Shown: positions 13,431 through 24,251 of the stretch, in pieces
Layout: each line of letters opens with the position of its first letter
Numbering within the stretch: position 1 is the stretch's first letter
Assembly (NCBI RefSeq): GCF_002571385.2
Contig: NW_019217952.1
Coordinates: 261,612-325,611 of the forward strand
From: Stylophora pistillata
Taxonomy: Eukaryota
Length of the DNA stretch: 64,000 bases
Direction: 5' to 3'
Program-made: the position numbers and the translations under genes
The notes under the pieces: generated by a model
What the model saw: only the letters and a program-made list of their open reading frames with translations
Databases searched by the model: none
What the model was told of the DNA's origin: nothing

Positions 13431-14709
13431 TACGCTGTTATTTATTGATCTGTTTTGTCAACAAACTTTCTTCTTACATCTTTCACTTGAAATTCTACTT
13501 GTTTCGATGAAATTCTTTGGTTGTTACAAAACTTCGTAGCACTCACTTAGTCTTCCTGTTTGTTCTGTGTTTATTTTTTGAAGGAATTGAGTATAACAAG
13601 AACCATGTAGAAAATAGAATCTGGAGTTAACTGATTATTTGCCCCACGTAATCTGTATCATGTCTCTGCTTCGAAAGGAGCCAATGAAGCTAAACGGGTA
13701 ACACCTCGGCTTAAAATACGACTTTTCGCTTCTTTTGCTTGACCTAGCGAGTCAATTGGATTCCTCGGAAAAAAATACTTTTTACCTTGTGATTTTTTTG
13801 CGATGTCGGCCCAATTCTTCTCAAATTGCCCTTTATTATGGAGAACGTTTTCGTAATCTCTCTACCGTTTCCCGGCTGACAAACGTTTGAAGCTAATTTG
13901 CTCTCTTGCACTGAGCGATCAAAGTGAATTATAACGTAGAGAGTGAAAAAGTACTTTTAAACATAAAGTAGCAGTGTGCACTTTTTGCTCCCCTTAGAGA
14001 ACTCGTGTCCGTGAAACAGTAACCCAACTGGACCAATAAATGGGAAGGTTTCAAAGTACTTGTCCAAATTATTATTTTGATCCTCCGTTGTATTTCATTT
14101 GTTTAGACAATAAGCTATCCGACTGAAGTTTGCCGCATTTCGTTACCAGTCCCCTCTACTAACTATATGTTTAGACCCAAGCCAAAACGTGAGGCTCATC
14201 ATGACCAGACATAAAAATGTGACTTCTTTCGTAGAAGTCCTAAACGACCCGATATTATCAAATTTCAGTATTTTTTCCAGAAATTTTAGGTTTCTACGCA
14301 AAAATTACCATTTATGCTTTTGTCTTTAAAATAAAATGATCATCACTGATGCTTTGGATTAAATTTGCATAGTCATTTTGTTCTTACTCGACACATCACG
14401 TTCGCTAACATCACCCTTGTGCGTCACGCATTCCTAAGTTACTAACGAAGAAAGGGTGAGACCAAGCTAGTCACGTTTAAATTCTAATCAACTTCTATTA
14501 ATGTTTTTGCAATCTTTGTCAGGCAGATCACGTGCCTGAGCACATGGTTTGAAGAAATGGCTGCCTTTGTGGACAATTCCTTGCAAAGTCACACCATTCG
14601 CGGTAGACCCACACTAAAACTTGTGGAGCGTTTTGTGATTAAAATTAAAACTAAAATTGTGGATTTATCTTGCGCCGTTTCCATGACGGGATGATCAGCT
14701 ACGAAAGTG

Positions 14710-14938
14710 AGATAGAATGAATATATGAAGTTCATATATTTTGAACTGCGGTATTAGATACGTATGATGCACGATCCTCGCAGTAGATAGCGCTATTTAT
14801 GCAATAGCGAAAATCAGACCTAGTATCGCAGAGGTCAGTGGTTAGAGTCCCGTACAGGCCTGATTATTTTTTTCAGGTCTGATTTTCGCTATTGCATAAA
14901 TAGCGCTATCTACTGCGAGGATCGTGCATCGTACGTAA
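14710..14938. mobile_element. Fold-back element with a tRNA-like loop
   Basis: 63-bp inverted arms 14759-14821 and 14875-14937. Loop has B-box-like GGTTAGAGTCCC and a T run. Flanked by direct repeat CTACGAAAGTG / CTGCGAAAGTG (14699-14709, 14939-14949). Confidence 0.7.
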
Positions 14939-15277
14939 CTGCGAAAGTGTTAAGGATGATGTAGATGTAGATGTAGATGTAGAACGGGTCGGTCCGTGAA
15001 CTTTAAGGGAGATGAATTTACGAGCGATCCTATACGAGTGAACCTTCTATCGAGAATTATCAAGCGAAACCTGCTATATCAAACGAGCTACCTCATATTA
15101 TGTTTACAAGTAAACACCACCGTGTATATAGACGCGATCGAGAATCCAGTAGAATACCAAAAAGCTACTCTGAAACGTCTCAGAAGAAAGGGCAGAAAAC
15201 TGAAGGAATTTATTTATGAGCATATTCGTCCAAGCATACGGAACAACATTCATTACACTCCAGCAGACAAAAATAAA

Positions 15278-15784
15278 GCTGACGTTTCGAGCGTTAGCTC
15301 TTCGCCCTTCGCTCTGACGGGTAGTTACGAAAGCGAAGAGCCATACGAAAACGAAGATCCATTACGAAAACGAAGATCCATTACGAAAACGAAGACCCCC
15401 TACGAAAACGAAGACCCTCTACGAAAACGAAGACCCTCTACGAAAACGAAGACCATTACGAAAGCGAAGACCCCCTACGAAAACGAAGACCCATCACGAA
15501 AACGAAGACACATTACTAAAACAAATTCAAAAGAGATTGATATTACCTTGTGGACAAAGATTACCGGTTTTCGTTTTCGTAGGGAGTCTTCGTTTTCGTA
15601 ATGGATCTTCGTTTTCGTAGGGGGTCTTCATTTTCGTAATGGGTCTTCGTTTTCGTAATAGGTCTTCGTTTTCGTAACTACCCGCTCTGGCGAAGGGCTA
15701 ACGCTCAAAACGTCAGCTTTTTAACTCTTTACGGTGGCCAATTTACAATTTCAACTTAATTGATATAACCAAATGAACTTGTTA

Positions 15785-15826
<42 letters not shown>

Positions 15827-15829
15827 TTT
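15278..15829 (+). mobile_element. Penelope-derived fold-back element with hammerhead-like motif, interrupted by a MITE
   Basis: Inverted arm GCTGACGTTTCGAGCGTTAGCTC; forward arm CGAAGGGCTAACGCTCAAAACGTCAGCTTT...GGTGGCCAATTTAC...TTTCTTTAGAAAC. 13-bp duplication AGACAAAAATAAA at 15265-15277 and 15830-15842. Confidence 0.8.
15319..15683. mobile_element. Fold-back MITE built from about 19-bp subrepeats (TACGAAAACGAAGACCC)
   Basis: TIRs GGGTAGTTACGAAA / TTTCGTAACTACCC. Direct subrepeats on the left, inverted on the right. Target duplication GCTCTGAC / GCTCTGGC. Confidence 0.85.
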
Positions 15830-16778
15830 AGACAAAAATAAACACAAGTAGACTTATTCATGACCGGCAATTACGAAATTGCGTGATGACAGTAACAATG
15901 GCAATATGGCAGTCCCCTAAGGATAACTCCAGATGTGCGATATTGAAAGCCCGAGTTCATGCAGCTATGCGTCTAGTTCACCCTTAATAAGACGAAGATG
16001 TGTTGTAGCTATAGGAACTGTAAAAACGTGCCGGAAAATATTAGATGACCGTTCCTTTACCGGAAATAAGTGTTTATAGAACACCCAGCGTTCACGTTTT
16101 CCTACTTAGTTCTTAGATAGCAACTTTATGACACGTGTCCCGGTGGCTAATAACGTCAATAACCAACTAACAACTGCAAGTTTAGATTCCACCCCGTTCC
16201 CCTGAACCCAAACTGACTTGCACTTGCTCAATTATAGGGGTCTAGTAAATTGGGCCGAAGAGGGTCCACTTGTAGAATTATACGTGAATTCCTTTCCTAA
16301 TGTCACTGATATGCGACAGCGAATTGTCACAGGTAAATCCATTTCATGAAGTGATGTGTTTATTGACTATGAAATTTGTGTTCTTTTTTCAAGTCCATCA
16401 AATTAAAATTCTACGCCGTACTGAACGATTTCGAGGAAGAGTGTGTTCTTCAATGGCGCCCTGTGTTGGAGTTTTTATCATACTGCTTGGTCATTGGCTC
16501 ATATTAACCGGATGTCAATACCTTTTGATAGGGAAATTGTTAATTCCTCTCGGATATGCCGGACAAAAATGAATAGGTCACGATCACAGTTCCATCACCC
16601 AACACGCACTGTACAACACCATACTCCAACCTCATTATTTATCCCTAAGATATGAAGGTGAAGGAAATTTTCAAAATGCAATCATACGAAGCTAAAATCG
16701 GAAGTTTTAAGCGTCATCATACTCCTTGGTGATAAGGTCCCCGAACGGGTCAAAAGTGTACTCAATGATTTAGCTCAC

Positions 16779-16896
16779 TACGTATTGCACCACCAAGTGT
16801 TTGATTGACAACGTGACGTCAAAAAGATGACGTCCACGTACTTCCAAATAAGCGGAGTTTTTCACGTGCGACTTAGGTCTTTTGAAGAGTATAAAA
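16779..16896 (+). promoter_or_regulatory. Putative promoter of ICL copy 1: TATA box plus CRE/E-box/HRE-like cluster
   Basis: TATAAAA 16890-16896, TGACGTCA 16814-16821, CACGTA 16835-16840, CACGTG 16863-16868. About 90 bp upstream of caacaATGg. Confidence 0.65.
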
Positions 16897-16985
16897 CGAG
16901 GAAAAAATCCTCTTCTGTTCAGTATTGCCAACTTCAATTTCAGAACCTTTTTCCAGATTAAATAATCTTCTTCCATTCAGCAACA

Positions 16986-18066
16986 ATGGCTCTGTGTAAA
17001 GGTCTCCAGATGAACACAGTGATGAGAATTTGCATCCGAAATTACGGATTTACTGCTATTCAACGAGACTATGGACCAGAAGCGGTGAAAAATCTCCGCG
17101 GTTCTCTAAAGATAGAGTACACCTTAGCCACACGAGGGGCACAGCGGCTTTGGGAACTGATAAATCGTGGAGAAAAGTCGTATGTCAACGCTCTTGGCGC
17201 CATGACAGGTAGTCACGGAAAATATTCCTTTAAGTTCTTTACAAAGTAAAAGTGCGCTAAATTTGCTTTAAAGCATTTTTACTTTGGTTCTTTCTCATGA
17301 GTACAACTTACTAATGATCTCATCATAATAAGCAATCTTACAACAGTTGATGAAGCTTGTGTTATTTCTTTTCAATGTATCCTTCTCAGAGCGGTCAGAA
17401 TAGGAAGTTTTTTCATCGCTTTTAGCAATGATCTTGAATATTTTCATGCAAGTTACTTAGCGACTTGTGCTATTTTCCCTTTTAGCTCGTACAAGCGATG
17501 AAACTCTCTTCTTAATAATAATAATAATAATAATAATAATATCAATTTCTATTGCGCATTTCCATGCAATGTTCTAATGCGCTTTACAACACTGTGCGAG
17601 GGACTTTTCCAGACTACCAGCGGCAGTTTACAATTAATAAAGAAGGAATTTTACAGATGCCCCCTCCCCCCAATTCCTAATAAACAGGCCAGACCACCTC
17701 ACAGTAATCTCGTGAAGTGGTTCTTTCACGTCCCCTGCCTAACCAAATTAACTTCATCAGAGTTAGAAATGAAAGTGATTTTTTTTCTTTAAAGAAAAAA
17801 AAGAACATGCACCCAACCATGTAGCTGATACAATAATGACAGATTTAAAACGGATTAGTCATATTTTTCCTCTAGTCATACACATTGTGTTCATTGTGCT
17901 TTACATCGTAGCCTTCCAAGGTAATCATCCATGAAACAATAATCAATCGATCGATAAACTCAGCTCCACATTAGAAACATCTGGGCACACTAAATACCGC
18001 CTCCTGGTTAACTCAATTGGTAGAGTGCCGGACGGTTTTGAAGGAGGTCGTGGGTTCAAGTTCCGG

Positions 18067-18105
<39 letters not shown>

Positions 18106-19946
18106 TTTGCTACCTTTCTATAATATCAAGAAATGGATAGATATTCTAGTCTTCTCGGAGAAGAACGAATAAACCGTAGGCCCCGTCTCCTGCAGGGTTA
18201 GGGGTAGGGGACGTAAATTTCCCCTGCACGAGATTACTGTGTAGTGGATTTCCTCCCCTGGGGTGGGATGGGTGGGTTAACTGGGCCCGCAGTAATTGGC
18301 GCAAGCTGTTGCGGTGTCCTTGCCTGTCGGCGAATATAATAAGTAACCGTAATATAAAAAGAAACATTCTTGATCATGACAGATATATTTTGCCCGTTCC
18401 GAGTCCCTAAGCTCTAATTGCGTACGTTTTGCAATTAAACATTGTATCACGGAATCTGACCGCAGTTATGACTTTCTGCAGGTGGCCAAGCTGTTCAGAT
18501 GGCTAAGGCCGGTTTACAATCCATTTATCTGAGTGGCTGGCAAGTAGCGGCAGACAGTAACATGGCGAGCCAAACCTACCCTGATCAGAGTTTGTATCCC
18601 GCAAACTCGGCAGCAAAGCTTGTTGAACGAATCAACAATGCCTTCATCAGAGCAGATCAGATTGCACACATGGAAGGAAATGATCAGCATATTGATTTCT
18701 TTTTGCCAATTGTGGCTGATTGTGAGGCTGGGTTTGGTGGCCCGTTGAATGCCTTCGAAATCACGAAATCCATGGTAAGTGTTACAAAAGTTTCATTTTG
18801 TAAATACGAGTCGCTAATGAACAGAACCCTGAGTAAACTAAACTCTAGTAGCAAAAACATCAAGCTGAACTTAAGAGTCCACAATCAAGAGAAATGAAAT
18901 CTAAGATTCAAGCAATAACAGAAATTTCTCATTTTTCCAAATTCAAACCAAGTATCCGTCCCATAGAGCGCGAGAAGACCTAAAGTTAAAAAATCTCCTT
19001 CCTAAGAAAAAAGACCCTTTGCGAAGGACAAAGAAATCTCCGAAAGTTCTAATATTCATAATCAAATAGCCGATAAGATAATTGGCTCAAACTTAGCTGG
19101 GATTCCATTTTTTTTTATCAACTCAAACAGATTACAGCCGGTGCTGCTGGCGTCCATTTTGAAGATCAGTTGGCATCAGAGAAGAAATGCGGCCACATGG
19201 GAGGAAAGGTTCTTCTACCGACACAACAGTTTATCAAAGTCTTAAACGCTGCTCGCCTTGCTACTGACGTTATGGGTGTTCCCACTGTTATCATTGGACG
19301 AACAGATGCCGAGTCAGCAGCGCTTGTGACGTCAGATATCGACCCACGTGACCAGCCATTCTTGACTAGCGAAAGAACAGCCGAGGGATTCTATCGATCA
19401 ACCGCTGGCTTACAGCAGGCCATTGCTCGGGGACTGAGTTATGCTCCATATTGTGATGTGATTTGGTGTGAGACAGGTAAACCTAACTTGGACGAGGCAC
19501 ACATGTTCTCTGATGCAATCCATTCCATGTTTCCAGGAAAACCACTCGCATACAACTGCTCGCCTTCCTTCAACTGGAAAGCCAACCTCAGCGATAAAGA
19601 GATAGCTGAGTTTCAGAAAGAACTCGGTAAAATGGGCTACAGATATCAGTTTATTACCTTAGCCGGTTTCCACTCGCTTAATCACGCTATGTTCAAGTTA
19701 GCACGTGACTACAGAGATCACGGCATGTCTGCCTACACCAAGATTCAAGAAGACGAGTTTGCGCAAGCGCAATTCGGCTTCACAGCACATAAACATCAAA
19801 GGGAGGTAGGGACGGGATATTTTGACCAAGTGAGTATGGCGGTCAGCGGAGGAACGAGTTCAACGACAGCTTTAGAAGGATCAACCGAAACAGAACAGTT
19901 TACTAACGACGACTTGGACTTAGGAAAGATCAGTGCTAATCAGTGA
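16986..19946 (+). CDS. ICL: Isocitrate lyase, short AceA-type, copy 1 (443 aa, 3 exons)
   Basis: Exons 16986-17208, 18482-18774, 19131-19946 (1332 nt). Motifs [21 protein letters not shown], catalytic [42 protein letters not shown]. Confidence 0.97.
17512..17750 (-). mobile_element. SINE 3' half with (TAA)n tail in ICL1 intron 1
   Basis: Reverse complement matches the 3' part of the SINE at 59760-59980 (TTTGGTTAGGCAGGG, GATTACTGTGA, GGTCTGGCCT, GGCATC). Confidence 0.7.
17996..18360 (+). mobile_element. tRNA-derived SINE in ICL1 intron 1
   Basis: A-box-like TAACTCAATTGGTAGAG and B-box GGTTCAAGTTCC. Body CACTCAGGGTCTTAAAATAACTGAGGAGAA shared with the copy at 59290. Confidence 0.8.
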
Positions 19947-21808
19947 GAAACTGAGATCGTTCCAATATGATCTGATAAAGTAACTAGAGAAAATCTAACT
20001 AGTGTACATAGGAACAAAATGACGGAAATTTTGATTAATATTTGACTGCGTTCCTTGATCACTGATACGAATAATATTATTTATAATTTATTGAGAGCAT
20101 ATAACAAAGTATTCTTACACGTTAATTTCTTAACTAGACGCCTAAATTTTTCCATCAACAAAATGTGTATACATCACTGTACATATGGTGCGTAAAGAGA
20201 ATAAAGAGTTCTTAAACAAGCCGAAGGAAGGTTTGCTATTTCAAGGCTTTACGAACCCGTATGTTGAAGCAGTAAGTGGTTTCCGTCACGCTTTTAACAT
20301 TAATTGACTAGGTTTTAAAATCAAGTTGTGTTTAATCATGTCAATTATGCTACCCCTCCATCTTTGTTCGCGAAAATAACAAATTACTTCAAAATTTTAC
20401 ATAGTTGTTATTTCACAAAGTGAAAGTTTATTTCACATAAAAGGCTTAAACTCAGCCTTTACAACTGCATGATATGTATACTGATAAACCTTTGCTAGAA
20501 AATTTAATCTAGGTTAATCTAAAGCTGCTGTCTTCATCGTGAAGTCACAATATGACACCTGCTGAGGCCTAGCGGCCAGCAAATATCCATATGAAGGAAA
20601 ACAACTTACTGTTATAAAGATCAATGACCAAGAAAAAAACCGTGACCACTTGTGTGAAATAGGAATAAAGATATACAAGAACTGGTTAAGGGACATTTAA
20701 AATAATGAACTATTGAGTTTTCATCAGGAGCGCATATACACTCATATCACGACAGGCAATCACAGCAAAGAAAAACATCACAACAGATCAGTGGGTAATG
20801 AAGATCAGCCGAAGCCATGAATTGTTTACATTTCCCAAATTCATCAGCGTTAACATTATCGGTGACTTCATGACGTCAAACGTAATTCAAATTTAACATC
20901 ATCTTCAAGCAAAATTGTCGGATGAAAACTTTTCTCGAACAGTACTGACGTCCTTGAGTTAATTGGTCCTCGTGATCTCTTACCGACACGTATTTATTTC
21001 TAGAAGTCTCTGATTTCTCCAGGCTTTTTTTCTCGTGTGGGTTTCTTGGTAGTCACGTTCCTCTGGTGTCTTTGTTAATATCAACTTCACTTCACGGAGG
21101 CGGTTAATCAAGGAGGCGCTTGTTTGAAATTTTGGCCTGGGGGGAGAGTGGGGTGGCCTCGGAGTGGAGAGTACGTATTAGAGCGCTGCCGCTTATTCGA
21201 GAAAATACGGTATTTAGGTTTCATAATCTTAGGTAACCACTAGGGCGTATCTGGCTCTTTGACTCATTCTGAGAAATCGCACGATCGACCCGTAAGATAA
21301 GGACGCTGAGGTAATAGCTCGCGTTTTGTTAAGACGGCTATCTAAATATATTAATTCAAAATGTAACATCAGGTGCACACTTACAATCGGTAGAAGTTTT
21401 GATGCTGAATTTAAGACGATCTTGTCACGTCTTTCTCTTTTGTCGCTTTAACTGGCCAAGGGGTGATAATAAGGTTCAAATTCGCCCCATCAATTTGTCT
21501 AATTGTCGTATTCCTGTAAATCGTATTGGTTTCTATTAGTCAACCTTAAGTAAAGGGCGTTTGCTCATCATTTTCCACCCTTCAACTCCTGTGACACGTT
21601 TTCTAAGGAGGCGCCAACATCAAGTCCACCACCAGCAGATACAGTCGAAATGTCGGGTCATTTTTTTTTTATTTTCACCTAAATATTTTTGTCATGTAGT
21701 AATTTTCCCATCAATAGTGCTCTGCCGCTACTTTTGTTATGTAAATATCGCAAGAGTACGAGGCTTTTAAATCACCGCCATTTCAATTTAAAATCACGTT
21801 TACTTTAA

Positions 21809-21977
21809 CCCTTCAACTGGCTGCCATGTTTTCCTTTCAAATTAACATCGAAAATTTGGTTTTAGATCAAAAAAATAACTTCTACCTGATAAGTTTGAAT
21901 ATTCTTATCATCTGTTTGCTGGACCGGATAATATAGAGGGAGAAGTTACATGTTAATCACCTCAGGGAGTTAAAGAG
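21809..21977. mobile_element. Short piggyBac-like MITE
   Basis: TTAA-CCCTTCAACT ... AGTTAAAGAG-TTAA termini. Confidence 0.55.
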
Positions 21978-23075
21978 TTAAAGATATACACTCTCTATTT
22001 TTAATTCCTTGATTTATGTACTCAAGAACTTTGGTTTGAATAAAGGTCACGAGCCGTTACTGTCGAACTTAATCTGGACACTTATTTAACAAAAACAGGT
22101 GCACTTTCTGATCGTTCTTACTTCATGGTGCCAGAGCATAACTCTGCTTAGGTATTTTCAACAAATAACATCCACAAATAGATGAAAATAGCTAACTGTT
22201 TTATGGCGGATATCGTAATTTGTCCTTTCAATTTATATGATTACGAAATATAAAGTGTTGTATTGACCCAAGCGTGAGATAAGGAAAACTTACTACACCA
22301 AATGAGATTCTGCAGTGGACTTGTATGCAGTTGTCGCTGCTTCACTCATTCTGATGCAACATTCAGTTCATAAGACGAGTCAATGGAGGAAACAGTTCAC
22401 ATTATCTTAGGAAGGCCCACCCACCTTTTGTATCCGAAGAAGAATTTTCTGGAAAAATATCTAAAGCGGCTGAGCAAAAGTATAAGTTGGCAGATACAAA
22501 ACCTATTAATGGCAACATCATTATTCATGAGCAGTCGCGAACTTTCAGCCATGAATTATTTGCATGTGTTAATTTGGCTCAACTCATCAGCACTGGTATC
22601 ATCGGGGAAATGAAAGTACTCAAGATATTCAGTTAGTGATTCAAATCTAACTTTAAGCCTGCCATGAGCGGATAAGATTTTTTACTTGCTCTAAATGAAT
22701 TGAGCAGTAGTTCCTTTTGCGTTTATCTCTATTGTCACTTGAATTTATCAGTATGAACACTTATCACCGGAGGATAAACTAAAATAATTGATTCTAAACT
22801 AACATAATTTTTGCCATTTACTCATGGAGTTTATATTCAAAATTTCGTCCAAAATTTACTTAGCTAAACTTACCAACCCCAAGTTGATGGTGTCTTGCCG
22901 CCATGTCCCTTAATCTGTAATGCGAATTCGAAGTCCTGAGGGTTTGTGTGACATCATCGTGCTACTCTGGCTTCTTTGTTATATAAAAAATCCCCTTGAA
23001 GTGCAGTGATTTTACATAATTGTCATTTTAATTCAGTCTACTCAAGGTCAGACTTCCGTAAACCGCTATACTTCT

Positions 23076-24051
23076 AATAGCCCTTATCGCATTTGTGTCT
23101 GCAATGCAAAGGGTCCGCGGAGTTACAGTTTCAGGACGAGGCTAGGCTATCGGGTCAACGTTTCTCGAGAAACACCAGAAACACTCCATGTCTGACCATA
23201 TAACTCTGGAGTCTGCGTTTTTTCTGCCGAGGAAAAGGTTAAAATTCTTAGTGGTAATTGTCCTGGCATCACGAAAGGAAAATTGAAAGAATGGCTGTCA
23301 TTTCGGAAAGGAACGGCGAAAGTTTGTCGTGTTTGTTCATGACTACGGTTGTTGTTCCTTTGTCGACCTTTTCGAGGTTTAACTCAGAGTCACGTTTCAA
23401 GGCTCTCAGCGCCTTGCGTTCGGCCGGAAGCAAATTATCGTTTGGCTCTGTAATTTCTATTTCTGAAAGGTCACTTTTAACCTCTTCTAAATAGCTTTCA
23501 AGGGCTATTGATTTTTGTATTGGTGCTATCCATGTAGATTTGACGAGGTAGGGATGGGTTTTTTGTCCTCCCCTCGGAATATGTAAAATCAGACGCATTC
23601 TCCTTGCGAACTGATCAAAGTGACACAATAGTTGTTGTCTGATCTGTTTTTGTTTTGTAGCGGGTGTTGGAATGAATTTAAGCCCTTTTGCCAGTAAATT
23701 AATCTGGTCGTTTGTAAGTTCTTTATTTGAGAGGTTTTTTTGTGTGCGTTTTGTTCGCCTTTAGTTTCATAGTTGAACGTGTTTGGCAAGACCGCGGTTT
23801 CGATCCTAATCTTGTGGATCTCGTCAGTTGCTGATTCACTGAATAGACTGTTACACCCGTACGCAACACAATGTCTAACCACGACGAGAACACGCTGTAT
23901 CCTCAAGAAAATAAATAAAAATACCTCCAAACGTAGCCGTTTGCTTCGATTTTACTTGAAAGTTTTACCTGTGTGACCCGATAGCCTCGTTTCGAAACTT
24001 CAAAGTCCACTGAGCTCTCGTGCAGTGGGCGTAAATGCGATAAGGGCTATT
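23076..24051. mobile_element. TIR DNA element (ISL2EU/THAP-like) carrying a Penelope RT fragment, just upstream of ICL2
   Basis: Perfect 19-bp inverted termini AATAGCCCTTATCGCATTT (23076-23094, 24033-24051). Minus-strand THAP-like start RHCVAYGCN. Minus-strand Penelope RT segment ALESYLEEVK...EKVDKGTTTVVMNK. Confidence 0.75.
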
Positions 24052-24170
24052 GCGCAAACCGCTACAATTAAAAATAATAATAATTATAATTATAATAATA
24101 ATGATAATTGCGGTTCTGACATCCTGTTTCGTGACCTTGGCCTGTAATGTAAATGAACGCAGCTAACTGC

Positions 24171-24178
24171 TATAAATA
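24171..24178 (+). promoter_or_regulatory. TATA box of ICL copy 2
   Basis: TATAAATA about 80 bp upstream of the ATG at 24252. Confidence 0.55.
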
Positions 24179-24251
24179 TGAAAAGGACCACTTAACATTA
24201 AGTACAAACAGTGACTTTACTGGAATTGGTTACTTAGTTCGCGATCGCAGT

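Noticed and set aside
14996-15601. 201-aa ORF with YENEDPLRKRR repeats
   Set aside because: Read-through of the MITE subrepeats; GTG start and no splice support.
15319-15683. CRISPR-like array of about 19-bp repeats
   Set aside because: No unique spacers, orientation flips mid-array, it has TIRs and a TSD, there are no cas genes, and the context is eukaryotic.
17996-18075. tRNA gene (also at 59290)
   Set aside because: Poor cloverleaf pairing and it continues into a shared SINE body, so it is a SINE head.
24153-24251. Upstream in-frame ATG extending ICL2
   Set aside because: It lies 5' of the TATA box at 24171; ATG 24252 matches the copy 1 layout.
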